Below, piece after piece: positions 8,383 to 18,161 of a stretch of DNA of 50,727 nucleotides. Position 1 is the stretch's first letter. Each line of letters starts with the position of its first letter. The DNA is taken from NCBI GenBank assembly GCA_029287875.1, contig JARFQH010000280.1, positions 1 to 50,727 of the forward strand, given 5' to 3'. The position numbers and the translations under genes are program-made. Below the pieces are notes generated by a model. It had not been told where the DNA came from. It did not search any database and saw only the letters and a list, made by a program, of their open reading frames with translations. Origin of the DNA: Desulfobacteraceae bacterium. Its GTDB lineage: Bacteria; Desulfobacterota; Desulfobacteria; Desulfobacterales; SG8-13.

Positions 8383-11300
8383 CTAACGCAGCTCGATTTC
8401 GCGGTACGGTAGATCGAGTTGTGCGGCCAGTCGATCGAGATTTTCTTCCAGGGTCTGCACGCCGTTTTGGTTCCGGCCTACCGGAATCGTCTTATCCGCG
8501 ACCACAAACACTTGGATGCGCCCTGGGTCCAGATAGCGTCGCGCCAGGTCCTCGAGTTCAGAGGTACTGGCTCCAATGTAGGCGTCCTGAATTCGATCTA
8601 GCGTGTCCAGCGGTTCCCCGCGCATCCGGTAGCGGGCATACGTCGTAACCAGATCATGAGGCGTGTCGACGTTAAACACAAAACTGTTGAGTGATTCGAG
8701 GCGCTTGCGTTCCAGTTCGTCCTGTGGAATTCCCCGTCGAAGCTCCCGCATGATATCCACGGTCTCGGCGATCGCCATACCGGTTTTGTCACCCTTGCAT
8801 CCGATGTATCCGATCAATATCCCGGCATTCCACTTGTAGGTCTGGAAAAACCCTGCCGAATAGACCAAGCCCAGGTCATCCCTCAACCGGGTGTACATCA
8901 ACGAGTCGCTTCCTCCAAAAATGTCCGTCAACAGCCGCAGTTTCCAGAACGCAGGGTCCGATCTCTTGGGGCCACTCAGGTTCAGCACCACCTGTGACTG
9001 AACCTGACCCGCTTTGGGTACGAGGGCGAGAACGGGAGGGGTCGCTGATGGGTCCGCCAAGCGCCGTTCGGGTGCCCGGTCGGTGGGCAAACTCTTCATC
9101 AATCGTCCGACGCCTGCAACCGCGGCCTCCTTGGAGATGTCCCCGGAAACAGCCACCACCATGTTAGATGGGACAAAGTAGGTGCGCAGGAAACGCTTCA
9201 AATCTTCCCGCTCGATCGTCGGGATCGTTTGAAGCCCCTTAAGGGGATCACGGCCATAGGGGTGCCCGTTGAAATGCCAAATCGCCCCTTCACGCATGGC
9301 CACCGCCTGGGCGTTCTCACCCTGGCGTTTCAGTCCGATTAACGTCTGTTCCTTTACAACGTCCACCACATCGGACCGGAATGCCGGTTGAGTCAGGATT
9401 TCCTTCAGCAGGTCCAGCCCATTCTCCCATTCATCCTTGAGAACCGACAGCCGGATGGTAGTGTCTTCCTCGCCCACCGATACCGACACTTCGATGGCAT
9501 TATCATCCAGCACTTGGGCCAGCGCTTCCGGCGCACGCCGCGCGGTGCCGCCATTGACGAGGCTGCCGTTGATGAGGTCCGCCAACCCGGTTTTGGAGGG
9601 GTCAATGTCGACATCGCCGGCTTTCACCAGCAGGGTCAGGTCGATCATCGGGAGCTCGGTATCCCGCATGAAAAACAGGGTGGTGCCGCCGACCGTGGCG
9701 GACTCTGCTTGGGAATAGGCTACTTTAACGGGTTTACGCTCGAAAGAGAGCGGATGCCGCCAGCCCTCAGGAGTGGTGTAGATCGATTGATTGGAGAGAT
9801 TCACCGGAGGCGTGGTGCGAGCGGCAGCTTTGCCACCCACGGACCTAATTTCGTTATACTCTGACGGCGGTTTGTCCGGTTCACCACCGGGGATAACGTA
9901 GACACTGGTCTGGTTTTCGTTACGAATAGTGGACCGTGCCACGCGCTGTACATCCTCCGGCGTTACCGCGGCGATGTTGTCGAGGTAAGTGTTTAGATAT
10001 CGCCACCCGGTTTGAACTTCAAGGGTGGCCAACGTTGAGGCCAAGCTTTCATTGCTTCGCATCCGTTCAATAAAATCCCGCTGGTTGAGTTTTTTGATGC
10101 GCTCGAGCTCCCGGTCGGTGACGGGCTGGTTCTTTAGAACCTCGACCTCTGCCAGCAGCAGGTTTTCGAGGTTGCGGCAGGCGTCAAGGTAGGCCCGGCC
10201 TCTTTCCTCTTCCGTCTGGTTGTCGCTTTTGAGATTCTGCGGTTCGTTGGGCGATCCACCGAGAATCACCATTCCCCCATAGCGGTTGTCCGGGTTGGCG
10301 GCCCAAGCCTCGACCGCCAGACCCTTGTTGATCAGGTTTTGCGTGATGCGGGCACTGCGCCCCTGGCTGAGCAGCATGGTCATCACATCCAGCGCGTAGA
10401 AGTCCTTGGTGCCCATCAGGGCCCCATGGAAACCGATCCGCACCAGTGGGGTCCGGGCCCCCTTGAGATGCCGCACGCTGAGGCGCGGGCCTTCCTGGGG
10501 TGGTTCTTCCGTAACGGTTTCGGGACTGCGGGTGCCGTTCGGATATCTTTCGAAATATATTTTGGCGAGTCGGCGGGCTTTTTCAACAGTCAGGTCGCCG
10601 ACCAGGACGCAGACGGCATTGGTCGGATTGTAGTACCGGCGGTGAAACGCCATGGCGTCTGTGGTATTGAAGTTTTCCATATCCGATCGCCATCCGATGG
10701 TCGGATTGCGATAAGGGTGGGCGGTGTAAGCGGTGGCATCCAGATCGAGCCATGCGGCACCGGCCGGATTGTTGACATAGCGGAAGGCCCACTCTCGCTG
10801 GACCACCTCTTTTTCGACATAGAATTCGCGCCAGGAAGGCTCGAAGATCTGTTCACTGATGATCGAGAACCACTGCTCGAGCATGTCAGACGGCACCGAT
10901 GCGACATACTGGGTCTGGTCTTGACTGGTAAAGGCATTGATGCCTACGGCACCGTTTTTTCCCAGTTGGGAAGAAAAGGCCTGCGGCACGAAAATACTTT
11001 GGACCTCACTGCGCAGGGTGTCCATCTCGGCCAGCTTTTTTTGGATGAGCTCCCGATCGGGGTGGCGGGATTCTTCCTCCCGCAGAACCACCTGGTAGGC
11101 GGCTTCGATTTCTTTCTGGAGTTCCTGATCCTTGGCACGGTCCAATGTTCCGAAATTCTTTGTGCCTTTGAACATCATGTGTTCCAAAAGGTGGGCAATG
11201 CCGGTTTTGCCTGTCTCTTCGAGCGCCGAACCGGCCCGTATGGCCAACCGGACCGCTACCTGGGGCATTGCCGGGCGGTTGACTACCAAAAAGAGCATGC

Positions 11301-11421
11301 CGTTGTTCAGCGTAAATTCTTCGACATCAATGTTTGTCTCAAGGTTTGCTTGGGCGCGCGCGCCGAGAACGCTTGCCGTCAACAGCAGTATTGATAAAGT
11401 GATTCGCAGCAGTTGTCGCAT
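8383..11421 (-). CDS. M16 family zinc protease (pitrilysin/insulinase-like), exported
   Basis: ATG 11421 with GGAGGA RBS and a signal peptide. Inverted zincin motif AHLLEHMMFKG, NAFTS..T.Y, and a C-terminal half with LRDDLGLVYS. Confidence 0.92.
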   Translation of the reverse strand: MRQLLRITLSILLLTASVLGARAQANLETNIDVEEFTLNNGMLFLVVNRPAMPQVAVRLAIRAGSALEETGKTGIAHLLEHMMFKGTKNFGTLDRAKDQELQKEIEAAYQVVLREEESRHPDRELIQKKLAEMDTLRSEVQSIFVPQAFSSQLGKNGAVGINAFTSQDQTQYVASVPSDMLEQWFSIISEQIFEPSWREFYVEKEVVQREWAFRYVNNPAGAAWLDLDATAYTAHPYRNPTIGWRSDMENFNTTDAMAFHRRYYNPTNAVCVLVGDLTVEKARRLAKIYFERYPNGTRSPETVTEEPPQEGPRLSVRHLKGARTPLVRIGFHGALMGTKDFYALDVMTMLLSQGRSARITQNLINKGLAVEAWAANPDNRYGGMVILGGSPNEPQNLKSDNQTEEERGRAYLDACRNLENLLLAEVEVLKNQPVTDRELERIKKLNQRDFIERMRSNESLASTLATLEVQTGWRYLNTYLDNIAAVTPEDVQRVARSTIRNENQTSVYVIPGGEPDKPPSEYNEIRSVGGKAAARTTPPVNLSNQSIYTTPEGWRHPLSFERKPVKVAYSQAESATVGGTTLFFMRDTELPMIDLTLLVKAGDVDIDPSKTGLADLINGSLVNGGTARRAPEALAQVLDDNAIEVSVSVGEEDTTIRLSVLKDEWENGLDLLKEILTQPAFRSDVVDVVKEQTLIGLKRQGENAQAVAMREGAIWHFNGHPYGRDPLKGLQTIPTIEREDLKRFLRTYFVPSNMVVAVSGDISKEAAVAGVGRLMKSLPTDRAPERRLADPSATPPVLALVPKAGQVQSQVVLNLSGPKRSDPAFWKLRLLTDIFGGSDSLMYTRLRDDLGLVYSAGFFQTYKWNAGILIGYIGCKGDKTGMAIAETVDIMRELRRGIPQDELERKRLESLNSFVFNVDTPHDLVTTYARYRMRGEPLDTLDRIQDAYIGASTSELEDLARRYLDPGRIQVFVVADKTIPVGRNQNGVQTLEENLDRLAAQLDLPYREIELR

Positions 11422-11542
11422 GCAATAATCCTCCAACGAAATAATTCAGCTTACCGTCAAATGACGGTCCAGTATGGATTGAGTTTTGTGCCCTTGGCTG
11501 ACGATCTGATTTTTACTTTTTACGTTACTAAGATAGGAAACG

Positions 11543-12577
11543 TCAGGCACTTTGTAAACCGGGGTCGAGCCCGGAGATACCTTTGTCGCATAGATGCTCT
11601 GCCAGTTCGTTTGCCGTGAGCGTCGTTCCGAAACATCTCACATCTGCGCCAGACAACCGGGTTCGAATGGCATCCAGGTGGTAGGGGGTGCCCATCAGCC
11701 GCCTTTCCAATTGTGCCGCATGGCCGATGGTATTGATATTTTTTCCAAAACGGATGTCGACGATGCGGCCGCTTGCCACCGCGATCATCGTTTCCAGATA
11801 ACCGGCAGGCGTCCGACTGCTGCGGCGAATGCGAAAAGCCGGGGCCCTGCCGAAGTTCCATTCCCAGGACCGGTACTTTTCCCTGGAAAGGCGGCAAACC
11901 GAATTCCATACTTGGTCAGGAAGAGGGATTTTTTGCAGGCCCCCTTCCCGCTCGGCGATGCACTCGACCAGCTGTTGCTGAATCACATCCATGCCGGAGC
12001 CGGGAGGCAGATGATCTGAAATGTTGGTGACATCACTCGAAACCGATTGGCGTGCCCGTGAAATGACGTGCCCTTTGTTCACTTGCAGAGCCCGGCGCAG
12101 CCAGACGAGGTCGCTTTTCAACAGCAGGGTGCCGTGCAGGATGATCCGCTTGGTGTTTGAAAATTGCGCATTGCCCGATATTTTTTTACCGGCGACAAAC
12201 AGGTCGTTTTTGTGATTGAATTCGGCAGCCACGCCCAATTTTAACAGCGCCGAGCGGACCGGTTCGAGGATATGGCTGATGTCTTTCAGGCTTCGCCGGT
12301 CATGGTGCCGGATGAAACTGAAGTTCAGGTTTCCATCGTCGTGATAGACCGCTCCTCCGCCCGATATGCGACGCAGCACGTACAGACCGTGTCGGGCCAC
12401 AAAGGGCAGATTAACTTCTTCAAGGATGTTCTGGTGGCGGCCGACGATAACGGCCGGCTGGTTTACGTACATCATAAAATATGTTCGGTCCGGGTCGAGG
12501 TGGCGCAGGGCGCACTCTTCTATGGCCAGGTTGACGTGAGGATCGGACGTATTGTTGTTGTCAATCTGAAAAATCAT
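11543..12577 (-). CDS. lplA: Lipoate-protein ligase A
   Basis: DPHVNLAIEE, GRHQN, RRISGGGAVYHDDGNLNFS, NDLFVAGKKISGNAQ, HGTLL, SWEWNFG. Start uncertain (12577 or 12586). Confidence 0.9.
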   Translation of the reverse strand: MIFQIDNNNTSDPHVNLAIEECALRHLDPDRTYFMMYVNQPAVIVGRHQNILEEVNLPFVARHGLYVLRRISGGGAVYHDDGNLNFSFIRHHDRRSLKDISHILEPVRSALLKLGVAAEFNHKNDLFVAGKKISGNAQFSNTKRIILHGTLLLKSDLVWLRRALQVNKGHVISRARQSVSSDVTNISDHLPPGSGMDVIQQQLVECIAEREGGLQKIPLPDQVWNSVCRLSREKYRSWEWNFGRAPAFRIRRSSRTPAGYLETMIAVASGRIVDIRFGKNINTIGHAAQLERRLMGTPYHLDAIRTRLSGADVRCFGTTLTANELAEHLCDKGISGLDPGLQSA

Positions 12578-12625
12578 CACGCGCAATCATCTGTTAAAAG
12601 ATTGTGAAAGTCAAAAGATCCGTTT

Positions 12626-13480
12626 ATGATGTATCTGATCGGCAATCCGACTCATGACACCCTCTCGATAAACAAGAAGACCGTTCAGGCCTTGGGAGGC
12701 ACCGTCTGGTATGCGGCGCTGTTTCTGGCAGGCTTAGGCCGCCGGGTGGCGGTTGTCGGCATAGGCGACGATAAAATAAAACGCCGGCTAGCCCGAGGCG
12801 GTGTGGATGTCCGGCATTTTTCCGATGCCGGGCCGGTGCCGGTGTTCGAGAACACTTACTCGGCCGGTATTCGAAAACAGAGAGCTTGGCCCGGCGGTGA
12901 CATTCAGCTTGCCGATGTTCCTCAAGCCGCATTCGATGCGACGGGTTTGCTGGTAGGCCCGGTTTTGCAGGAAGTCGATCCGGCCATCATGCGCACGCCC
13001 CGCTCAGGGTGCCTGATGCTGGACGCCCAGGGATTTCTCCGGCAGCTCTCCACTGCCGGAGACGTCATTCTTCGGATGACGCCCGAAGCCGAAACGGCGC
13101 TCAGGCATTGTGATATCCTGAAAGTCGACGCAAGGGAGGCGGCCGTCATCACGTCCACCGGTGACGGCGAAACCGCCGGGCGCGTTCTTCATCGGATGGG
13201 ACCGAAAATGGTCATCATCACCAGAGGCGCAGACGGCGCCCTTTTTTATGACGGGGCCCGCTTTACGCAGATCACCGCTCCGGTGGTAGACGTGGTCGAT
13301 CCGACCGGCGCCGGCGATGTTTTTTCGGCGGCTTTCCTGGTTCAATATATCGCATCCGGCAATCTTATCGCAGCGGGTCGGTTTGCCGTGACAGCCGCTG
13401 CCCTCTCGACCCGGGGTTTCGGTGCATCCGCCCTGCCTTCGGAAGCTGAAATTTCTTCACTGATGAAACGGCACTTTTAA
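12626..13480 (+). CDS. PfkB/ribokinase family carbohydrate kinase
   Basis: GGTVWYAA N-terminal motif, LDAQG, ITRGADGA and the PfkB signature DPTGAGDVF. Confidence 0.88.
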   Translation: MMYLIGNPTHDTLSINKKTVQALGGTVWYAALFLAGLGRRVAVVGIGDDKIKRRLARGGVDVRHFSDAGPVPVFENTYSAGIRKQRAWPGGDIQLADVPQAAFDATGLLVGPVLQEVDPAIMRTPRSGCLMLDAQGFLRQLSTAGDVILRMTPEAETALRHCDILKVDAREAAVITSTGDGETAGRVLHRMGPKMVIITRGADGALFYDGARFTQITAPVVDVVDPTGAGDVFSAAFLVQYIASGNLIAAGRFAVTAAALSTRGFGASALPSEAEISSLMKRHF

Positions 13481-13620
13481 ACTCCGGACCGTTACAGTTC
13501 CAAGCGGCACAGGCACACCCGACAAGACACGTGTTTTACCGTCCGGCAAAGTGTGCTATGGCTTCTCCGTCGGTCATCAGCATTGAACCCGTAATTCGGG
13601 CAAACCGAGAGGGGTTGGAA

Positions 13621-13755
13621 ATGGCGATGAAACGCTGGCGGTGTATCATTTGCGGCTATATCCACGACGGGAATGAGCCGCCGCTGATATGTCCAGTGTG
13701 CGGTGCACCCAGAGAACTGTTTGAAGAAATCACGATTTCAGAGGAGCAACCATGA
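13621..13755 (+). CDS. Small rubredoxin-like protein (44 aa)
   Basis: [37 protein letters not shown] has two CxxCG motifs. GAGGGG RBS; the stop overlaps the dapL ATG (ATGA). Confidence 0.8.
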   Translation: MAMKRWRCIICGYIHDGNEPPLICPVCGAPRELFEEITISEEQP

Positions 13756-14984
13756 TCAGGATCAACGAAAATTATCTGAAGCTCAAAGCATCCTATCTCT
13801 TTTCAGATATTGCCAAGCGGGTGGCCGCGTTCCAGCAAACCCATCCGGAACGAGAAATCATCAAACTCGGCATCGGCGACGTCACGCGGGCATTGCCGTC
13901 GGCCTGTATTGAAGCCCTTCACCGGGCGGTGGATGAGATGGCCGATGACGACACCTTCCACGGGTACGGCCCCGAACAGGGGTATTCGTTCCTGCGCGAG
14001 AAAATCGCCCGCCATGATTATCAGGACCGAGGTGCGGACGTCGCTGCGGATGAGATTTTTGTCAGCGACGGGGCAAAATGCGACACTGGAAACATCCAGG
14101 AAATTTTTTCAACCGACATTAAAATCGCCATTCCCGATCCGGTCTACCCGGTCTATCTCGACACCAACGTGATGGCCGGACGCACCGGCGACTACAGCGG
14201 CGGCCGCTACGACGGCATCGTTTATCTGGAGGGAAACCGCGCAAACGGGTTCGTACCGGATCTGCCGACCGAACCGGTTGATCTGATATACCTCTGTTTT
14301 CCGAACAATCCCACGGGGGCCACGATCGATAAGCCCCGACTCAAGCAGTGGGTCGAATTCGCCAGAGCTCACAAGGCGTTGATTCTCTACGATGCCGCTT
14401 ATGAATCATTTATTCGCGACGATGCCATTCCGCGGTCGATTTACGAAGTAGAGGGGGCCCGGGAGGTGGCGATCGAGTTCAGGAGCTTTTCCAAAACCGC
14501 CGGTTTCACCGGCACACGCTGCGCCTTTACCGTGGTGCCCAAGTCCTGCCAGGCGTACACGAACACGGGCGCAGAGCATGAGGTCCATGCCCTGTGGAAC
14601 CGACGGCACACCACCAAGTTCAACAGCGTGTCCTACCCGGTCCAAAGAGCCGCCGCGGCGATATACGGCGAAGAGGGTCGCCGTCAGGCCAAAGAGATGA
14701 CCGATTATTATTTAAGCAACGCTGCGGTCATCCGCCGGGAGATAACGGCGCTCGGCTATGACTGCATCGGTGGAGAGAATTCTCCTTACATCTGGGTAGA
14801 CGGACGGACGGATTCATGGAAATTTTTCGATCTGCTGCTGGAAAAGGCCGGCGTCGTGTGCACGCCCGGGGCCGGTTTCGGAAAATGCGGCGAGGGCTTT
14901 ATCCGTATCAGCGCTTTCAACTCCGCTCAAAACGTCGAGAAGGCCATGCAGCGCATTTCTGAAGCGCTAAGAGAAGCCACATAA
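13752..14984 (+). CDS. dapL: LL-diaminopimelate aminotransferase
   Basis: [58 protein letters not shown] (PLP Lys), [19 protein letters not shown]. Confidence 0.95.
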   Translation: MIRINENYLKLKASYLFSDIAKRVAAFQQTHPEREIIKLGIGDVTRALPSACIEALHRAVDEMADDDTFHGYGPEQGYSFLREKIARHDYQDRGADVAADEIFVSDGAKCDTGNIQEIFSTDIKIAIPDPVYPVYLDTNVMAGRTGDYSGGRYDGIVYLEGNRANGFVPDLPTEPVDLIYLCFPNNPTGATIDKPRLKQWVEFARAHKALILYDAAYESFIRDDAIPRSIYEVEGAREVAIEFRSFSKTAGFTGTRCAFTVVPKSCQAYTNTGAEHEVHALWNRRHTTKFNSVSYPVQRAAAAIYGEEGRRQAKEMTDYYLSNAAVIRREITALGYDCIGGENSPYIWVDGRTDSWKFFDLLLEKAGVVCTPGAGFGKCGEGFIRISAFNSAQNVEKAMQRISEALREAT

Positions 14985-15045
14985 TTTATGCCGATCTCAG
15001 CCTTTGCATCCACGACACGGGTGCCCACGGCCACGCCATGGGCAT

Positions 15046-15273
15046 TTATTCAACAGGTTGCACAAGATCCAGATCGTCGTTGCCCTTGTTGCTTGATAGA
15101 TCACGATCTTCAAGGTTGCACCCGTTCTGAAGACAGAATTTTAAATATTTTTTTTCGGCTTCCTGGAAATCTTCTTCAGAGTAATGCTCCAGGTTTTCTG
15201 GGATGCGAAACTCCTTTTTAAGGTTCTGAATCAACAACTTTATGCCGGTTGTTCTGTCTGGCGTATCAGCCAT
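15046..15273 (-). CDS. Small hypothetical protein (75 aa)
   Basis: MADTPDRTTGIKLLIQNLKKEFRIPENLEHYSEEDFQEAEKKYLKFCL. ATG 15273 after GAGGG; protein-like composition. Confidence 0.55.
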   Translation of the reverse strand: MADTPDRTTGIKLLIQNLKKEFRIPENLEHYSEEDFQEAEKKYLKFCLQNGCNLEDRDLSSNKGNDDLDLVQPVE

Positions 15274-15377
15274 TATGACCCTCTGATCATAAAAAGAGGT
15301 GAATGATAGGTTCTGCTCAAGAGGTAAATCCGTCAACAACTGCATTAGCTCTGCCTTACAGGCAGGTCTTTCACCTA

Positions 15378-15683
15378 TCACCCCTGGTAAATTTGATCGG
15401 CGATGTCGGTCAGTGTGAAGTCGATCCCGCCGGTTTTGAGCAGGCAAAACATTTTCCGCATGTATTCGGCGTTTTCAATAACGACCTCAACCGCCGGAGA
15501 AGATTTGGATAGAAAGTAACGGTGCTCTTCGAGAAGCCGGACGGATTCCTGGAATTTATCGACCAGCAGCGCCAACACCGAATAGTCGGACATGTAGCAG
15601 ATGGGCAAACATGCGCCGCTCAGATGAGGTAAGTCAACGGCAGCGAGATCCACTTCTTTCGGTAAGATCTGTAATTTTCCCAT
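15378..15683 (-). CDS. Hypothetical protein (ACT-like, ends ADQIYQG)
   Basis: ATG 15683 with AAGGAG RBS; 101 aa alpha/beta-type sequence. Confidence 0.6.
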   Translation of the reverse strand: MGKLQILPKEVDLAAVDLPHLSGACLPICYMSDYSVLALLVDKFQESVRLLEEHRYFLSKSSPAVEVVIENAEYMRKMFCLLKTGGIDFTLTDIADQIYQG

Positions 15684-15754
15684 ATTCTCTCCTTTGGGCA
15701 TTTATTCAAAATTGGTTCCGTTCTAAAAAATTTAATTCGCTTTCTATATAGCTC

Positions 15755-16287
15755 TCATCGTAAAAGAAGTCGCCTGAGGGCCATAAATCCGATCAAAGCA
15801 ACGGCGGCTATGGCGGCTCCGGCTATGAAAGTGGCTGGTGCTGCGAAGCCTTCCCACAACCGGCCGGCGATAATACAGGCGAGAAGGCTGGCCACCCGCT
15901 GGCCAGGCTGAAAATGCCGAAAGCCGTTCCTCGCAGATCCTGGCGGGCGTTATCGGCTATCATGGCTGAAAGCAACCCCTGGGTCAAGCCCATGTGCAGA
16001 CCCCATAGGGCCGTGCCTGCGGCCACCGCCCAGCCGCCGTTTGCGACGGCGAATATCAGATCGGAGGCGATTAGGACAACCAAACCGACGGCCATCATAC
16101 CCGTACGGCCGATCCGGTCGGACAAACGCTCCACCGGGTATGCCGTCAAAGAGGTGACGACATTCATGAGGACCATCAAAGCAGGAACCATGAACATGCT
16201 GACGAAACCAAGGGCCCAGATCGTTTGGGGAATACTCTTCAATCGCCATTTTTCACCGGAAGCATCCGGTTGTCTTTCGGGTTTCAT
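15755..16287 (-). pseudogene. MFS transporter pseudogene (large internal deletion plus frameshift)
   Basis: The N-terminal SIPQTIWALGFVSMFM is fused directly to C-domain helices (AYPVERLSDRIGR, LWGLHMGLTQGLL, RGTAFGIF). The frame shifts at the GGG near 15895-15897; the other frame continues VASLLACIIAGRLWEGFAAPATFIAGAAIAAVALIGF...* to 15755. Confidence 0.8.
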
Positions 16288-16476
16288 ACGCTTGAAACTG
16301 ACGGTTTTGAGGGGAAAGTCATTCTGTTTTGAAAGTGCCCATTGTAAAGGTGCGTTCAAGACGCCGATCTTTACATCCGTATCGCCTACATGTTAAAGGG
16401 GGTGCTCTTCAATTAGCGGGGTTGCAGCTTCCAAACCGATAAAAGGCAACAACTCAAGACTTGTGGGGAGGCCCTT

Positions 16477-16959
16477 ATGGAGTCGTCCGAGTTTTTAGTG
16501 TCGGTGCAGAGTCGTTACTTTGAAGATTACGTGGCCGGCACAATCCATGAGTTCGGGACGATCACGGTCGAGGAAGATGAGATCGTCGCCTTCGGTCGGC
16601 GATTCGATCCCCAAGTTTTTCATACCGACCCCGAGGCCGCAAAATCAACAATTTACACCGGGCTTATCGCATCCGGTTGGCACACCGCTGCTCTGATGAT
16701 GCGGCTGTTCGTGGACAACTACCTGTCTCACGTGGCCAGCCTCGGCTCGCCGGGCGTGGACGAACTGCGCTGGATCCTGCCTGTGCGGCCCGGTGATAAA
16801 CTTTCTTTGCGGGTGACCATCACGCAAACGAACCGCTCACGTTCAAAACCGGACCGCGGTATTGTCCATTCGTTCATCGAAGTGCTGAACCAGGACCGCA
16901 TCGTCGCCATGAGCATGAAGGCCGTGAACTTTTTGCTCTGTCGCCCCTCTTTCCCCTGA
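16477..16959 (+). CDS. MaoC family dehydratase
   Basis: RYFEDY, FGRRFDPQVFHTDPEAA, GLIASGWHT, LGSPGVDELRW..PVRPGD. Confidence 0.9.
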   Translation: MESSEFLVSVQSRYFEDYVAGTIHEFGTITVEEDEIVAFGRRFDPQVFHTDPEAAKSTIYTGLIASGWHTAALMMRLFVDNYLSHVASLGSPGVDELRWILPVRPGDKLSLRVTITQTNRSRSKPDRGIVHSFIEVLNQDRIVAMSMKAVNFLLCRPSFP

Positions 16960-16989
16960 GCCGGCAAAGACCCCCGATCTCGGCAGCGG

Positions 16990-17616
16990 TCATGATGATT
17001 GCCTGACCAACGCCGTAAACATACCGGCCCCAATCAGAGCACTGCCGCCGCAGCGGTTGAACCATTTGTGTGCACCCTTTTTTTGAAGGACATCGCGCAA
17101 CCGTCCGGCGAACAAGCCATACATTGACGCATTCAATGCCGCAAGAATCAGGAATGTGGCCCCCAGGACGATGAGCTGGAAAGTTATCGGCGCACGGTGG
17201 TCGACGAACTGGGGCAGAAAGGCGACGAAAAAGACGATGCTCTTCGGATTCAAGGCGGTCACCACATAGGCACTCGTGAAGAACCGGCGACTCGATACCA
17301 CTGCCGACAATGATGGTAAATCTTGCTGCTTTGGATCGCTGCGCCAGAGTTTGATGCCGAGGTAAATCAGATAAACGGCGCCGATCCATTTGAGTATGGT
17401 AAACAGAGCAGCCGATGCAGCCAACACGGCACCAAGGCCCAGAAGAGAGAGAGCCATGGCCGTGAAGTCGCCGAGTGTCACCCCGGCGGCAAGCGGCAGC
17501 ACGGCGCGACGGCCGTGGCCGGCAGATTGGCTGATCACCAGAATGATTGTCGGCCCGGGTATCACCAGAACGATCATTGCCGCGATCACAAAGGCGCCGT
17601 AGGTTTCCAGATTCAT
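16990..17616 (-). CDS. LysE family translocator
   Basis: IPGPT, LKWIGAVYLIYLGIKLWR, LNPKSIVFFVAFLPQF. Confidence 0.92.
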   Translation of the reverse strand: MNLETYGAFVIAAMIVLVIPGPTIILVISQSAGHGRRAVLPLAAGVTLGDFTAMALSLLGLGAVLAASAALFTILKWIGAVYLIYLGIKLWRSDPKQQDLPSLSAVVSSRRFFTSAYVVTALNPKSIVFFVAFLPQFVDHRAPITFQLIVLGATFLILAALNASMYGLFAGRLRDVLQKKGAHKWFNRCGGSALIGAGMFTALVRQSS

Positions 17617-17656
17617 GAAAAAGCTCCGTATATGGAATTATTTCTTGCCGTGGCCC

Positions 17657-17878
17657 TTACATCGGGAACAACCGGATGGCGAACACCGCGGCCAGAAACC
17701 CGAAGGCAGCGGCGATGAGAATGAGGCGGGCGGTGCGGTTATTGACGAGGTTCTTTTTTTTATGACGTTTGAAGGCGGTGTAAAGCAGCTGTTTTTCGTC
17801 TGACGTGACCGCGGACTTGATGGGAAGCTTATCGGCCTTATTTTGATTTTCGTTTATGCGGTCTTTGATGAATGCCAT
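17657..17878 (-). CDS. Small hypothetical membrane protein
   Basis: 73 aa with a basic region and a C-terminal TM helix. Upstream minus-strand TTGACT-N16-TATGAT. Confidence 0.5.
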   Translation of the reverse strand: MAFIKDRINENQNKADKLPIKSAVTSDEKQLLYTAFKRHKKKNLVNNRTARLILIAAAFGFLAAVFAIRLFPM

Positions 17879-18161
17879 GGCTGGAACCTGAAATGAGAAC
17901 CGGTGATACGCACCTGTTCCCCATTTAAGCGATCTGTGTCAAAACTGGGCTCATCATATCAAAAGTGACATAAAAGTCAATGATTTCAAAACTTACCCAT
18001 TGCGTTTATTGGTAATTTCGGTGTATAGATGAATCTCTTAGCCCACGTTTTCTGTTCGTTGCATTTGATCGGTATACGAACAGGATATCCAGTATGCAAA
18101 ACGAAGCTGTCCCCAATGTCCTCTTGAACGTCTCAACTTGTATGGCATCGAAAGTGTACCG

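Noticed and set aside
10339-11394. Long antisense ORFs (351 aa here; also 31312-32367, 39042-40022, 42091-43176) and the same-strand alternative frame 47722-48882
   Set aside because: They are shadows of well-supported genes in GC-rich DNA, with no recognisable motifs.
15705-15720. Possible sigma54 site CGGAAC-N5-TTGA upstream of the 15683 gene
   Set aside because: It deviates at both -24 and -12; too weak to call.
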